Shown one piece after another: positions 53,043 through 60,978 of a DNA stretch of 64,000 nucleotides. Under the pieces are notes generated by a model. It did no database searches, had not been told where the DNA came from, and saw only the letters and a program-made list of their open reading frames with translations. Position numbers and translations under genes: made by a program. Every line of letters begins with the position of its first letter. Position 1 is the stretch's first letter. This DNA is from Candidatus Nitrotoga sp. MKT (GTDB lineage: Bacteria > Pseudomonadota > Gammaproteobacteria > Burkholderiales > Gallionellaceae): NCBI GenBank assembly GCA_003402345.1, contig QFXH01000010.1, forward strand, positions 5,409 to 69,408, given 5' to 3'.

Positions 53043-54377
53043 ATGACCAAGAAGCTATCTGCAACAACCTGCGAGACAGTAAAGCCCAATCCGCTACGCG
53101 ACCGGCTGCTTGGCGATGGCGATGGATTGTTTCTGCGAGTGAGGCCGCACGGAACAAAAACATGGGTAATCGAATATGAATTTCAGGGTTGTCGCACAAA
53201 ATACACCATTGGCAGCTATGCACGCAACAGTGCAACGGGAGAGAGTATTCCAGATTGGCTGCGGAACGGCCAGCAATCCTTGACCCAAGCCCGTTCGATT
53301 GCCGGAAATTGGAAAGCTGCACGGCGCGCCGGGCGTGATCCAGTGGCAGAATGGGAAGCTCTGCTAACCCAAGAGCGGGAGACGGTGGAGACCAGGTTGG
53401 CGGCGGTGGCATCCGAGAGGGCGCAGCCGACCGTGAATGAAGCCGTCGAGTCTTTCATGGCGAAAATTATGGCCGGGAAAAAGTGCGCGCCCGCGATCCG
53501 CTATCGCCTTGACCGTCTGACGGCAATCATTGGTGACAAGAAAATTCGCGACGTGACGCGGCAGGATGTTATCGCGGCGCTGGATACCATCGCGGAAGGC
53601 CAGCGGGAAGGCAAGACGGCAAAGCAATTGAGCGGCGAGGTATTGACCCAAACAAAACGGCTATGGCGCTTCGCCAAATCGCGGGAATGGGTAGCAGTAT
53701 CCTGCGTGGAAGAGCTTACCCGGCGCGACTTCGATGCCAAGCCAACAAAGCGCGATGTGACCCTGCGGCTTGACGAATTGGCGGCAGTCTGGCGGGCGCT
53801 GGATAACCCAGAGCAATGCAAGTCTGATCCCGTGACCATCGCGGCAATGAAGCTGCTGATACTCACCGGACAGCGTGAAAGCGAAGTGACAGAAGCCGAA
53901 TGGACAGAATTCGACCTCGCGGTTGGATTGTGGAAAATCCCTGCGGAGCGCACAAAATCGGCACGCGCTCACCTTGTACATCTTGCCCCGCAAGCGGTGG
54001 CGATCATTGAAGCCCTAAAACAAATTACCGGGAAAAAGCGCCATGTGTTTGAATCGCCATTGAAGCCCGGTCAGGCGATCTACGGGCGATCCGTGAATAA
54101 CGCGCTGGCGACCCTGTTCAAGGGTGAAAAGCTGCCGAACGTGACGCGCTGCCATGTACATGATTTTCGGCGGACGCTGATAACCCGCTTGCCTGATCTG
54201 GGCTTTGAGCCATTCCTGGGCCACAAGATTGCAAATCACGTTCTATCTGGTGTGTTTGCGCACTACAACCACAACACTTACGAAGTGCAACGCGAGGCGG
54301 CGCTAAAAGCATGGGCCGCAAGGCTGGAAACGTTGGTGATGGGTAATAACGTGTCCCAATTGCACCGGGTAGCATAA
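53043..54377 (+). CDS. P4-like tyrosine integrase with arm-binding domain
   Basis: DGDGLFLRV...GTKTW arm-binding domain; TGQR.SE, K...AH.V.L, HD.RRT, ANH, Y. Confidence 0.93.
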   Translation: MTKKLSATTCETVKPNPLRDRLLGDGDGLFLRVRPHGTKTWVIEYEFQGCRTKYTIGSYARNSATGESIPDWLRNGQQSLTQARSIAGNWKAARRAGRDPVAEWEALLTQERETVETRLAAVASERAQPTVNEAVESFMAKIMAGKKCAPAIRYRLDRLTAIIGDKKIRDVTRQDVIAALDTIAEGQREGKTAKQLSGEVLTQTKRLWRFAKSREWVAVSCVEELTRRDFDAKPTKRDVTLRLDELAAVWRALDNPEQCKSDPVTIAAMKLLILTGQRESEVTEAEWTEFDLAVGLWKIPAERTKSARAHLVHLAPQAVAIIEALKQITGKKRHVFESPLKPGQAIYGRSVNNALATLFKGEKLPNVTRCHVHDFRRTLITRLPDLGFEPFLGHKIANHVLSGVFAHYNHNTYEVQREAALKAWAARLETLVMGNNVSQLHRVA

Positions 54378-54384
54378 CCAGTTT

Positions 54385-54436
54385 GCTGCACCTAGCCCGA
54401 CGGGGCGAACACGGGAAGCCTTACCCGCTGGTGCGA
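54385..54436 (+). ncRNA. structured element after the integrase, C4/int-alpA-like
   Basis: GCACC(T)AG/CTGGTGC closing stem enclosing CCC-GAC-GGG and CGGG-AAGCCTTA-CCCG hairpins. Confidence 0.4.
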
Positions 54437-54455
54437 CATCTCAATAAGGCATGGC

Positions 54456-55061
54456 ATGAAAGGCGATGCGATGACTCACCAATCTCCCACCGAACGCAAA
54501 TACCCCAAAGTATTGATAGACAAGTTTGCGTTTGCCCTATCAGAGTTCCACAAGGTAGGGAATTCACACAAGGAACGCCACGAACTGTTGACGCGATATA
54601 GAAAAAATAGGTTGCGTCGTATTGCTACATGGGGCATTACATGGGGCAAAAGCGACAGCGAAATTAGCGCCACTTTTCGTGCTCCGATAGCCAATTTAGA
54701 GCATATCCCACACGAACATTACGACGCTATTGCACGAATGGATGAGGTATTTCACGAGATGCACCACTTCTTAGATGGAGGCGCAGAGGACTATTGTGCC
54801 AAATCCATTACGGCAATTGTTGAAGGAGAACTGAACTCGAAAAGTGCTAAACATGCTGCTGATATGCGGCACAGCAAGCCCGGTGGAAGCCGCGATAAAC
54901 AAACAAAAATTCGCTTGTTATGGGCAAGCGGAAAATATACAAATCGTGATATTTGCGCCGAGCAGGAAGGAGCACATCTTGGCTTTGGTTCATTCAAGAC
55001 TGCTCGCAATGCGTTAAAAGGCACTGACGACCCAAATCCTTGGCCTGCAAAATCTCAATAG
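54456..55061 (+). CDS. hypothetical protein with C-terminal HTH-like region, possible repressor
   Basis: Between int and alpA; C-terminal RHSKPGGSRDKQ..IR.LWASGKY..RD.CAE...ARNAL. Confidence 0.55.
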   Translation: MKGDAMTHQSPTERKYPKVLIDKFAFALSEFHKVGNSHKERHELLTRYRKNRLRRIATWGITWGKSDSEISATFRAPIANLEHIPHEHYDAIARMDEVFHEMHHFLDGGAEDYCAKSITAIVEGELNSKSAKHAADMRHSKPGGSRDKQTKIRLLWASGKYTNRDICAEQEGAHLGFGSFKTARNALKGTDDPNPWPAKSQ

Positions 55062-55185
55062 ATTGCCTGCCCGCTGCCTAGCACAGGGCACCCGCTGCCG
55101 GGCATAGGGTATTCGCGCCACCTTGTTTCATGTTTAGTGTTCGCATCGCCGCACGTTTCCGGCACAACTAGGAAAGGTAAAAACG

Positions 55186-55422
55186 ATGCAAACCACTACA
55201 CCACAAAGCGCACCCGCGCACGTTCAGCAACTCCAGACCGCACTGATCCGCCGGAAAGAAGTCGAGCGGCTTACCGCCCTTTCACGATCCCGCATTTATG
55301 ACTTGATGAAGCAAGGCGCATTCCCTAGGCCCGTGACATTGGGCGCGATGAGTGTCGCCTGGTTGGAAATCGAAATCAGGGAATGGATAGCTTCACGCAT
55401 CGCTGACAGGGCGGGGGTGTGA
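55186..55422 (+). CDS. alpA: AlpA-family regulator/excisionase
   Basis: LIRRKEVERLTALSRSRIYDLMKQGAFP.PV.LG..SVAW.E.EI.EWI. Confidence 0.92.
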   Translation: MQTTTPQSAPAHVQQLQTALIRRKEVERLTALSRSRIYDLMKQGAFPRPVTLGAMSVAWLEIEIREWIASRIADRAGV

Positions 55423-55425
55423 ATC

Positions 55426-55785
55426 ATGAACACCACAAACAACAATGCCGCCCCGCGCAATGGGGCGGCATCAACGCCACACGCCCACTCTACCAAAAGC
55501 CGATGGAATTACAAGGGCGGTTTTGATCGTGTGAGATTGCCGCACCCTTCGGATTACTTCGCACAGCAAGGCTTAAAGCTGACCGGCGGAGGCGAATGGA
55601 AAAACGCAATTTGCCCCTTCCACGAAGACACAAAGCCAAGTCTGAGAGTGCGCCTTGATACCGGCGGCTTTCGCTGCATGGTGTGTGGCGCGCACGGCGG
55701 CGATGTGCTGGCATTCCACCAGCAACGGCATGGGCTGAGCTTCAAACAGGCCGCGCAACAGTTGGGCACATGGAGGGTTGCATAA
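55426..55785 (+). CDS. stand-alone CHC2 zinc-finger (primase Zn-binding domain)
   Basis: CPFHEDTKPSL.V....GGFRCMVCGA.GGDV..F. Confidence 0.88.
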   Translation: MNTTNNNAAPRNGAASTPHAHSTKSRWNYKGGFDRVRLPHPSDYFAQQGLKLTGGGEWKNAICPFHEDTKPSLRVRLDTGGFRCMVCGAHGGDVLAFHQQRHGLSFKQAAQQLGTWRVA

Positions 55786-57995
55786 TGGAAAAGGAAATCA
55801 TCGAAGCAACCCAAACCGCTGCGCTGAGGCTGACTAACAAACCCCGCAAGGACGGCTATTCACTTGACCCGAAGCACGGCGGGGCGATCCACCACTATAC
55901 CGACCGCGAGGGTGCAATCACGTTTGCGCGGCTTCGCTTGAAACATCCCGAGACTGGCGACAAATGGATCAGGCCATTGCGCCGTGATGCGGCCGGTATC
56001 TGGTGCGAATTGAAAACACCCGAGTTCACCGGCGGTGCGCCGCTCTACCATCTGCATCATCTGTGCGATCCGGCGCGGCAGTCTGAGCGCGTGATTCTAG
56101 TCGAGGGCGAATACTGCTCGGACAGTCTGGCAGTACGCGGCATCCTGGCCACCACGAGCGGCGGGGCGCAATCGGTAGATACAACGGACTGGCAACCATT
56201 AGCAGAACGCAACGTGCTGATATGGCCAGACAACGACAAGGCAGGTTCTGACTACGCACAACACGCGGCGGACAAGCTGCGCGCCCTGGGTTGCACCGTG
56301 TCATTCATCGACGTGTCGGTATTGGATTTACCCGCGAAAGGTGATGTAGTGGAGTGGCTCAAAGCCTTTCAGCAACAGCACGGACGCAAGGCAACGGCGG
56401 CGGATATTTGGGCATTGCCGGTTATTGAGCGCGCACCGGAAAAAATCGAGGCCGTAGGATGCGATTCTAGCCCTTCGATTGCATCGAGTGATGCTACGCC
56501 CTTGCCGGAAAACGCCGCGCAAGCTGACACGCCACCAGTGCTGTCAGACGATAAAACTATCAAGTGGCTGGCATCGCTCAAACCGCTGGAATATGAAAAG
56601 GCGCGCATTGATAAAGCAAAGGCAATGAGTTGTCGCCCTGCTGTATTGGATGGCCTGGTAAAAGCGGCGCGATCCGAGGGCGGCGAAGCGGACAGGTTGC
56701 CCTTCGCTGAAATCGAGCCGCACCCCGAACCGATAGACCCGGCCATATTGTTGAGTGACGTGGTGAACCTAATCCGGCAGTTCATCGTGCTGGACACTGA
56801 GCAAGCTACCGCATCAGCCTTGTGGGTTGCACTTACTTGGTTTATTGACGTGGTACAGGTTGCGCCGCTGCTAGTCATTACTGCACCTGAAATGGCGTGC
56901 GGTAAATCACAGCTTCGCGACTTGCTTTCAAGGATCGTGATGCGCCCCCTATCCACCAATAACATGAAGGCGGCAACCCTATTCAGGATTGCTGAAAAGT
57001 GGCATCCGTCATTGATGCTTGATGAAGTGGATTTAATGCTGAAGTCAGACGATGAAATTATCAATCTGGTGAATGCCGGACACCATCGCGGCGCAAGTCA
57101 GGTGTGGCGATTAGTGGGCGACAATCATGAACCGAAATCCTTTGATGTATGGGGCGCAAAATGCTTTGCCGGTATTGCCCTTGAAAAGATATTCCCAGCG
57201 TCAACACTGAGCCGCGCGATCATCATAAAGCTACGCCGGAAACTATCGCACGAATCGGTAAGCAGGATGCGCCATGCGGACGGCGATATATTTATCAGCA
57301 TCGCTGAAAAGCTGGCACGGTTTGCGGTGGACTATGCGCACCAGGTCAAGCAGGCGCGCCCCGTGTTGCCCGAGGTATTGAGCGACCGCGATCAGGACAA
57401 CTGGGAATGCCTACTGGCGATTGCATCATGCGCGGGGGCTGAGTGGTTGGCCAGGGCAACAGCGGCGGCATTGAAGTTATCCGGCGCGGCTGAAAAAACG
57501 GTCAGCATGGGTAATGAATTGCTGGCAGATATCCAGCACATCTTCGAGACCAAGCGCGTGGACAAGATCAGCACGGCGGATTTAATCGCGGCGCTGTGCG
57601 CTGACGAAGAGGCGGCATGGGCGACCTGGAATAGAGGCAAGCAGCTATCGCCCCGGCAGCTTTCGCGACAACTGGCAGGGTATAGCATCACGTCAAAAAA
57701 TATCCGGCTTGGTTATGGAATATCTAAAGGCTTCGAGTTGTCGCAGTTTGCCGATGCTTTCATGCGCTATCTGTCCACCCCCCTGAATTTGCCGCTACTT
57801 CCGCTACAAACGCCGGAAGCCAATAAACACGGCGCTATCAGCGTAGCGGACAATCCGCTACAAAAAGCTATCCGTAACAATTCCGCTACGCTGGAAGCCC
57901 CGCCGTTGCTGGATTGTAGCGGTGTAGCGGATAAAAAGCCGATTTTGGGGGGAGCCGAGACACCCCGCCCCACCACTTCACATTTGAGGATATAG
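55785..57995 (+). CDS. Toprim primase fused to DUF3631-type helicase/replication domain
   Basis: VILVEGE, TTSGGA, IWPDND.AG; A..LWV..TW, CGKS, LDEVD, LN.GH.RG, R..DNWE.LL.IA, L...EE..W; TAATG coupling to the CHC2 gene. Confidence 0.85.
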   Translation: MEKEIIEATQTAALRLTNKPRKDGYSLDPKHGGAIHHYTDREGAITFARLRLKHPETGDKWIRPLRRDAAGIWCELKTPEFTGGAPLYHLHHLCDPARQSERVILVEGEYCSDSLAVRGILATTSGGAQSVDTTDWQPLAERNVLIWPDNDKAGSDYAQHAADKLRALGCTVSFIDVSVLDLPAKGDVVEWLKAFQQQHGRKATAADIWALPVIERAPEKIEAVGCDSSPSIASSDATPLPENAAQADTPPVLSDDKTIKWLASLKPLEYEKARIDKAKAMSCRPAVLDGLVKAARSEGGEADRLPFAEIEPHPEPIDPAILLSDVVNLIRQFIVLDTEQATASALWVALTWFIDVVQVAPLLVITAPEMACGKSQLRDLLSRIVMRPLSTNNMKAATLFRIAEKWHPSLMLDEVDLMLKSDDEIINLVNAGHHRGASQVWRLVGDNHEPKSFDVWGAKCFAGIALEKIFPASTLSRAIIIKLRRKLSHESVSRMRHADGDIFISIAEKLARFAVDYAHQVKQARPVLPEVLSDRDQDNWECLLAIASCAGAEWLARATAAALKLSGAAEKTVSMGNELLADIQHIFETKRVDKISTADLIAALCADEEAAWATWNRGKQLSPRQLSRQLAGYSITSKNIRLGYGISKGFELSQFADAFMRYLSTPLNLPLLPLQTPEANKHGAISVADNPLQKAIRNNSATLEAPPLLDCSGVADKKPILGGAETPRPTTSHLRI
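57792..57931. repeat. iteron-like CCGCTAC repeats in both orientations, probable origin
   Basis: CCGCTAC at 57792, 57801, 57855, 57883; variant CCGTAAC at 57872; inverted GTAGCGG at 57843, 57916, 57924. Confidence 0.7.
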
Positions 57996-57998
57996 ATC

Positions 57999-58385
57999 AT
58001 GGGCGCACCTGACCTGATTTTTGAATTGAGGCGCAAGGGATATTCCATCATGGCGGACGGCGGCATTCTGGATATTTCACCGGCGGACAACATACCGCCC
58101 GAGCTGGTAAAAGCTATCCGGCAAAGCAAGGCCGCAATTCTGACCGAGCTACTGCGGGAAGCACGGGCGGAATGGCGGCGGCAAAAAGTCATTGCCATGC
58201 TGGATGCTGCACCCGGCACGCAACGGGCAATCTATACCGACACCGACAGCGATCCGCACAACGTCATATTGACCGTGGCTGTGCGCGCCTGTCAGCAAAC
58301 CTGCGAAATGCTGATACCGAAAGTAAAATATGACCCGTGGCAGTTGCTGGAGTTGATTGAACGGCTAGGCCAAACCACACACTGA
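57999..58385 (+). CDS. hypothetical protein, TubC N-terminal docking-like N-terminus
   Basis: LI.ELRRKGY.I..DGG.L.I.P...IP.EL...IRQ.KA.IL..L. Confidence 0.55.
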   Translation: MGAPDLIFELRRKGYSIMADGGILDISPADNIPPELVKAIRQSKAAILTELLREARAEWRRQKVIAMLDAAPGTQRAIYTDTDSDPHNVILTVAVRACQQTCEMLIPKVKYDPWQLLELIERLGQTTH

Positions 58386-58398
58386 CGGAAGGGTAAAC

Positions 58399-58668
58399 AT
58401 GCCACCAAAAAAGGCAACGAAACCGCCTGTAATCCACGAAGGGCAAGTGTTGAGGGCGATCCCTACCCCCCAGATCAAACTTGCCACAATTGAAGATTGT
58501 CGGCGGGAAATGGCGCGGGTTTATCGTGATGCGCGGACAGCCACCACGGACACGGCGGACGCTTCGAGGCTGGTTTATATGCTGGCTACGATTGCGAAAA
58601 TGATTGAGATCGGGCAGCTTGAGCAGCGGCTAACCGCACTGGAGAAAAAGCAGCATGGCAAAAATTGA
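58399..58668 (+). CDS. small helical protein ending in RLTALE, resembles the C-terminal part of DUF5681/small terminase-like proteins
   Basis: L.TIEDCRREMARVYRDAR....D.ADASRL.Y.L..I...IE..QLEQRL.ALE. Confidence 0.6.
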   Translation: MPPKKATKPPVIHEGQVLRAIPTPQIKLATIEDCRREMARVYRDARTATTDTADASRLVYMLATIAKMIEIGQLEQRLTALEKKQHGKN

Positions 58669-58846
58669 ACAGAGAATTGCGGCACTGGAGCAGCAGGCCG
58701 TTAATGTGGCCCGCCAGGTTTTCATGATTGATTGCGCTGGTGCAACACCAACGCCCGAAGAGCAAGTGCAGATAGATGATGCGGATCGGCGCGGCATGTT
58801 TGTGATTTACCGATTGATTGTGTCGCCCCTGAAACAAAGCATTTAG
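58655..58846 (+). CDS. small hypothetical protein with N-terminal RIAALE coiled coil
   Basis: Overlaps the upstream gene; MAKIEQRIAALEQQ. Confidence 0.6.
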   Translation: MAKIEQRIAALEQQAVNVARQVFMIDCAGATPTPEEQVQIDDADRRGMFVIYRLIVSPLKQSI

Positions 58847-58858
58847 GAAAGGGAAAAC

Positions 58859-59128
58859 ATGGCAACTCTTAAGACAAGGCTGGCAAGGATCGAGGCTCAG
58901 ATTGCACCAGAAATTCCGTCGGATGTGTGCGACACCAAGCTGGTTGAATTGACCCGGCAGATACTCGGGCAGGATTTCCCGATTGAGAGCATCCCCTGCG
59001 GTATCTCGGGCAAAAAGGTTTTGGATATGGTGCTAAAAGATATGCAGGAGCATTGCAGCACTTTGCCGGTCATCGTCGATGATGCGCCGAAAAGTGGAAT
59101 GAAAGGTGGGCAGTATGGCTACGTTTAA
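58859..59128 (+). CDS. small hypothetical protein with N-terminal RLARIE coiled coil
   Basis: AGGAAAGGG RBS; MATLKTRLARIEAQI. Confidence 0.6.
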   Translation: MATLKTRLARIEAQIAPEIPSDVCDTKLVELTRQILGQDFPIESIPCGISGKKVLDMVLKDMQEHCSTLPVIVDDAPKSGMKGGQYGYV

Positions 59129-59297
59129 CAGCCGATTGGAAAAGCTGGAAAACACCATTATCAATAGGCCGTTGTCGAGCCTTAGTGACGATGAGCTGAA
59201 TGCCCGTATCGTTGAACTTTTTGGCTATCTGCCAAGTGAAGAAGAGATTTCAAAATTGCTTAAAGAACTTCGGCAGGAGTTGAATGCGGGGAATTGA
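59115..59297 (+). CDS. small hypothetical protein with N-terminal RLEKLE coiled coil
   Basis: MATFNSRLEKLENTI...LSDDEL; overlaps the upstream gene. Confidence 0.6.
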   Translation: MATFNSRLEKLENTIINRPLSSLSDDELNARIVELFGYLPSEEEISKLLKELRQELNAGN

Positions 59298-59378
59298 CCA
59301 AAGGGCAGGTTCGGCGCAGGATGCGCAACATAGTGAAGCAGCCACCATTCATGGCTGCCAATTAAATGGGCTGCTTAA

Positions 59379-59681
59379 ATGAAAAATTTTATTTTAGCTG
59401 TGTTGTTGTTTGCTTCAACAGCCGCATTCGCTGCGCCATTCTGTGCTGTATTTTCGTATGGAACACAGTGTTATTACTACGACATGGACTCTTGTCGTAG
59501 TGCTGCTGGCAATCTAGGTGCTTGCATCATCAATCAAGAAGAAGTAAAGCAACCATCTGGGGGTGCGCCATTCTGCGTTGTCACTAGCTATGCCACTCAA
59601 TGCTGGTATTACGACGCACAATCTTGTCGCGAAACCGCATTCTCAAGTGGTGGTACGTGTGTAGTCAACACAAATAGATAG
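59379..59681 (+). CDS. secreted Cys-rich protein with two 4-Cys repeats (DUF3551-like)
   Basis: Signal peptide; APFC...SY.TQC.YYD..SCR......C..N twice. Confidence 0.7.
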   Translation: MKNFILAVLLFASTAAFAAPFCAVFSYGTQCYYYDMDSCRSAAGNLGACIINQEEVKQPSGGAPFCVVTSYATQCWYYDAQSCRETAFSSGGTCVVNTNR

Positions 59682-59707
59682 TCACTCGTGATTTTAAGGG
59701 GAGGGTA

Positions 59708-60733
59708 ATGAGTAAAGTCATTTTGATGATGCTGCTGTCTGTTGTGAGCAGTAGTGCGATGGCGGAGTGGGTTGAGGTTTACATGTTTGAAGGTATGACC
59801 ACATACGTCGATCCCTCTACCATTCGGAAAGCGGACAGCAGGGTAAAAATGTGGGGCATGTATGACTTAGAGACAGCTGACGAATTGTCAGTTGGTCGGT
59901 ATATGTCATCAAAAATCCAAGTGGAATACGACTGTACGGAAGAGCAATCTCGAATACTTGCTTACTCTTATCACTCTGGAAAGATGGGCATTGGCAAAGT
60001 GGTTCTTAGCAGCGACACTCCTCAGCAGAAATGGACGCCAGTATTCCCCGGAAGCACAGGCCAAGCTATGTGGGAAATCGCCTGCGGGAAAGCACCTGTC
60101 CCAAAAAATAATCTTCTGGATGATAGTGCAGTGGCGGAGTGGGCAACAGTGGTGCGCTTTGAAACACTTACTACCTACGCCGACCTAGCCACCATTCACA
60201 AGAACGCCGATATGGTAAAGATGCGGAGTCTTAATAATTTCACGACGGCAAAAACCCTTGGAGAAACCACATACATGTCGTCAAAGGGGCAACGTGAATA
60301 CGACTGCAAAAAAGAGCAATCACGGACGCTATATTTTTCTTTTCACTCCAAAAGTTTTGGAGAAGGTGAAGTAATTTTTAGCGCCCCCGATATCTCAATG
60401 AAGTGGGAGCAAAACTCCCCTAGAAGCGTAAACGAAGCTCTATGGAAAGTGGCCTGCGGGAAAGTGGATTTCTCCAAAAAAGAGACACCTAAAGGGGCGG
60501 AAGATGGTAAACCACCCGATCTTGTATGGCAGAATAATATTAAAAACTTCATTCAGATGGTAAAGATTATTGAGGGTTTCGACTATTATGCAAGCGAAAA
60601 CTCTAATCTATTTACAGCATTCGATAGCGAAGTTAAAAGACTGGGAAATGATGTAAAAAATGCTGACAAAGACGGCTACTTTTTCTTGCGCACGGCCCAT
60701 AAGAATGTGATGAATAAGCGGCAATCTCAGTAG
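59708..60733 (+). CDS. secreted protein with two surface-adhesin-E-like domains
   Basis: Signal peptide; AEW...TY.D..TI.K....VKM...YMSSK...EYDC..EQSR...W..AC twice. Confidence 0.7.
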   Translation: MSKVILMMLLSVVSSSAMAEWVEVYMFEGMTTYVDPSTIRKADSRVKMWGMYDLETADELSVGRYMSSKIQVEYDCTEEQSRILAYSYHSGKMGIGKVVLSSDTPQQKWTPVFPGSTGQAMWEIACGKAPVPKNNLLDDSAVAEWATVVRFETLTTYADLATIHKNADMVKMRSLNNFTTAKTLGETTYMSSKGQREYDCKKEQSRTLYFSFHSKSFGEGEVIFSAPDISMKWEQNSPRSVNEALWKVACGKVDFSKKETPKGAEDGKPPDLVWQNNIKNFIQMVKIIEGFDYYASENSNLFTAFDSEVKRLGNDVKNADKDGYFFLRTAHKNVMNKRQSQ

Positions 60734-60738
60734 CTCAC

Positions 60739-60949
60739 ATGCCGTGCATTCTCACTCCCCCTCATCATTGCCGCCTCGCTTGCGGCATTCCCGCCTGCCT
60801 TCGCACGCGAGCACGGCGGCCATCACAACAGCAACTACGCATAAGCGGTACACACACATGCAACAAATATGGATGGTTGCATGAGTAAAGCTATATTGAT
60901 GAGCCTACTGACTATTGTGCGAAGTAGACTTGCCCTCTACCGCAACTAA
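60739..60949 (+). pseudogene. two signal-peptide-only gene relics
   Basis: Frameshifted (M)RAFSLPLIIAASLAAFPPAFAR at 60739; MSKAILMSLLTIV at 60881, paralogous to the start of 59708. Confidence 0.5.
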
Positions 60950-60978
60950 TCTAATTCATACGACGAAAGAATCAACGA

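Noticed and set aside
52858-53412. Antisense ORF 52858-53412 and similar shadow ORFs over glnS, gspE, accC, tkt and the delta-60 gene
   Set aside because: They overlap well-supported genes and lack motifs or RBS
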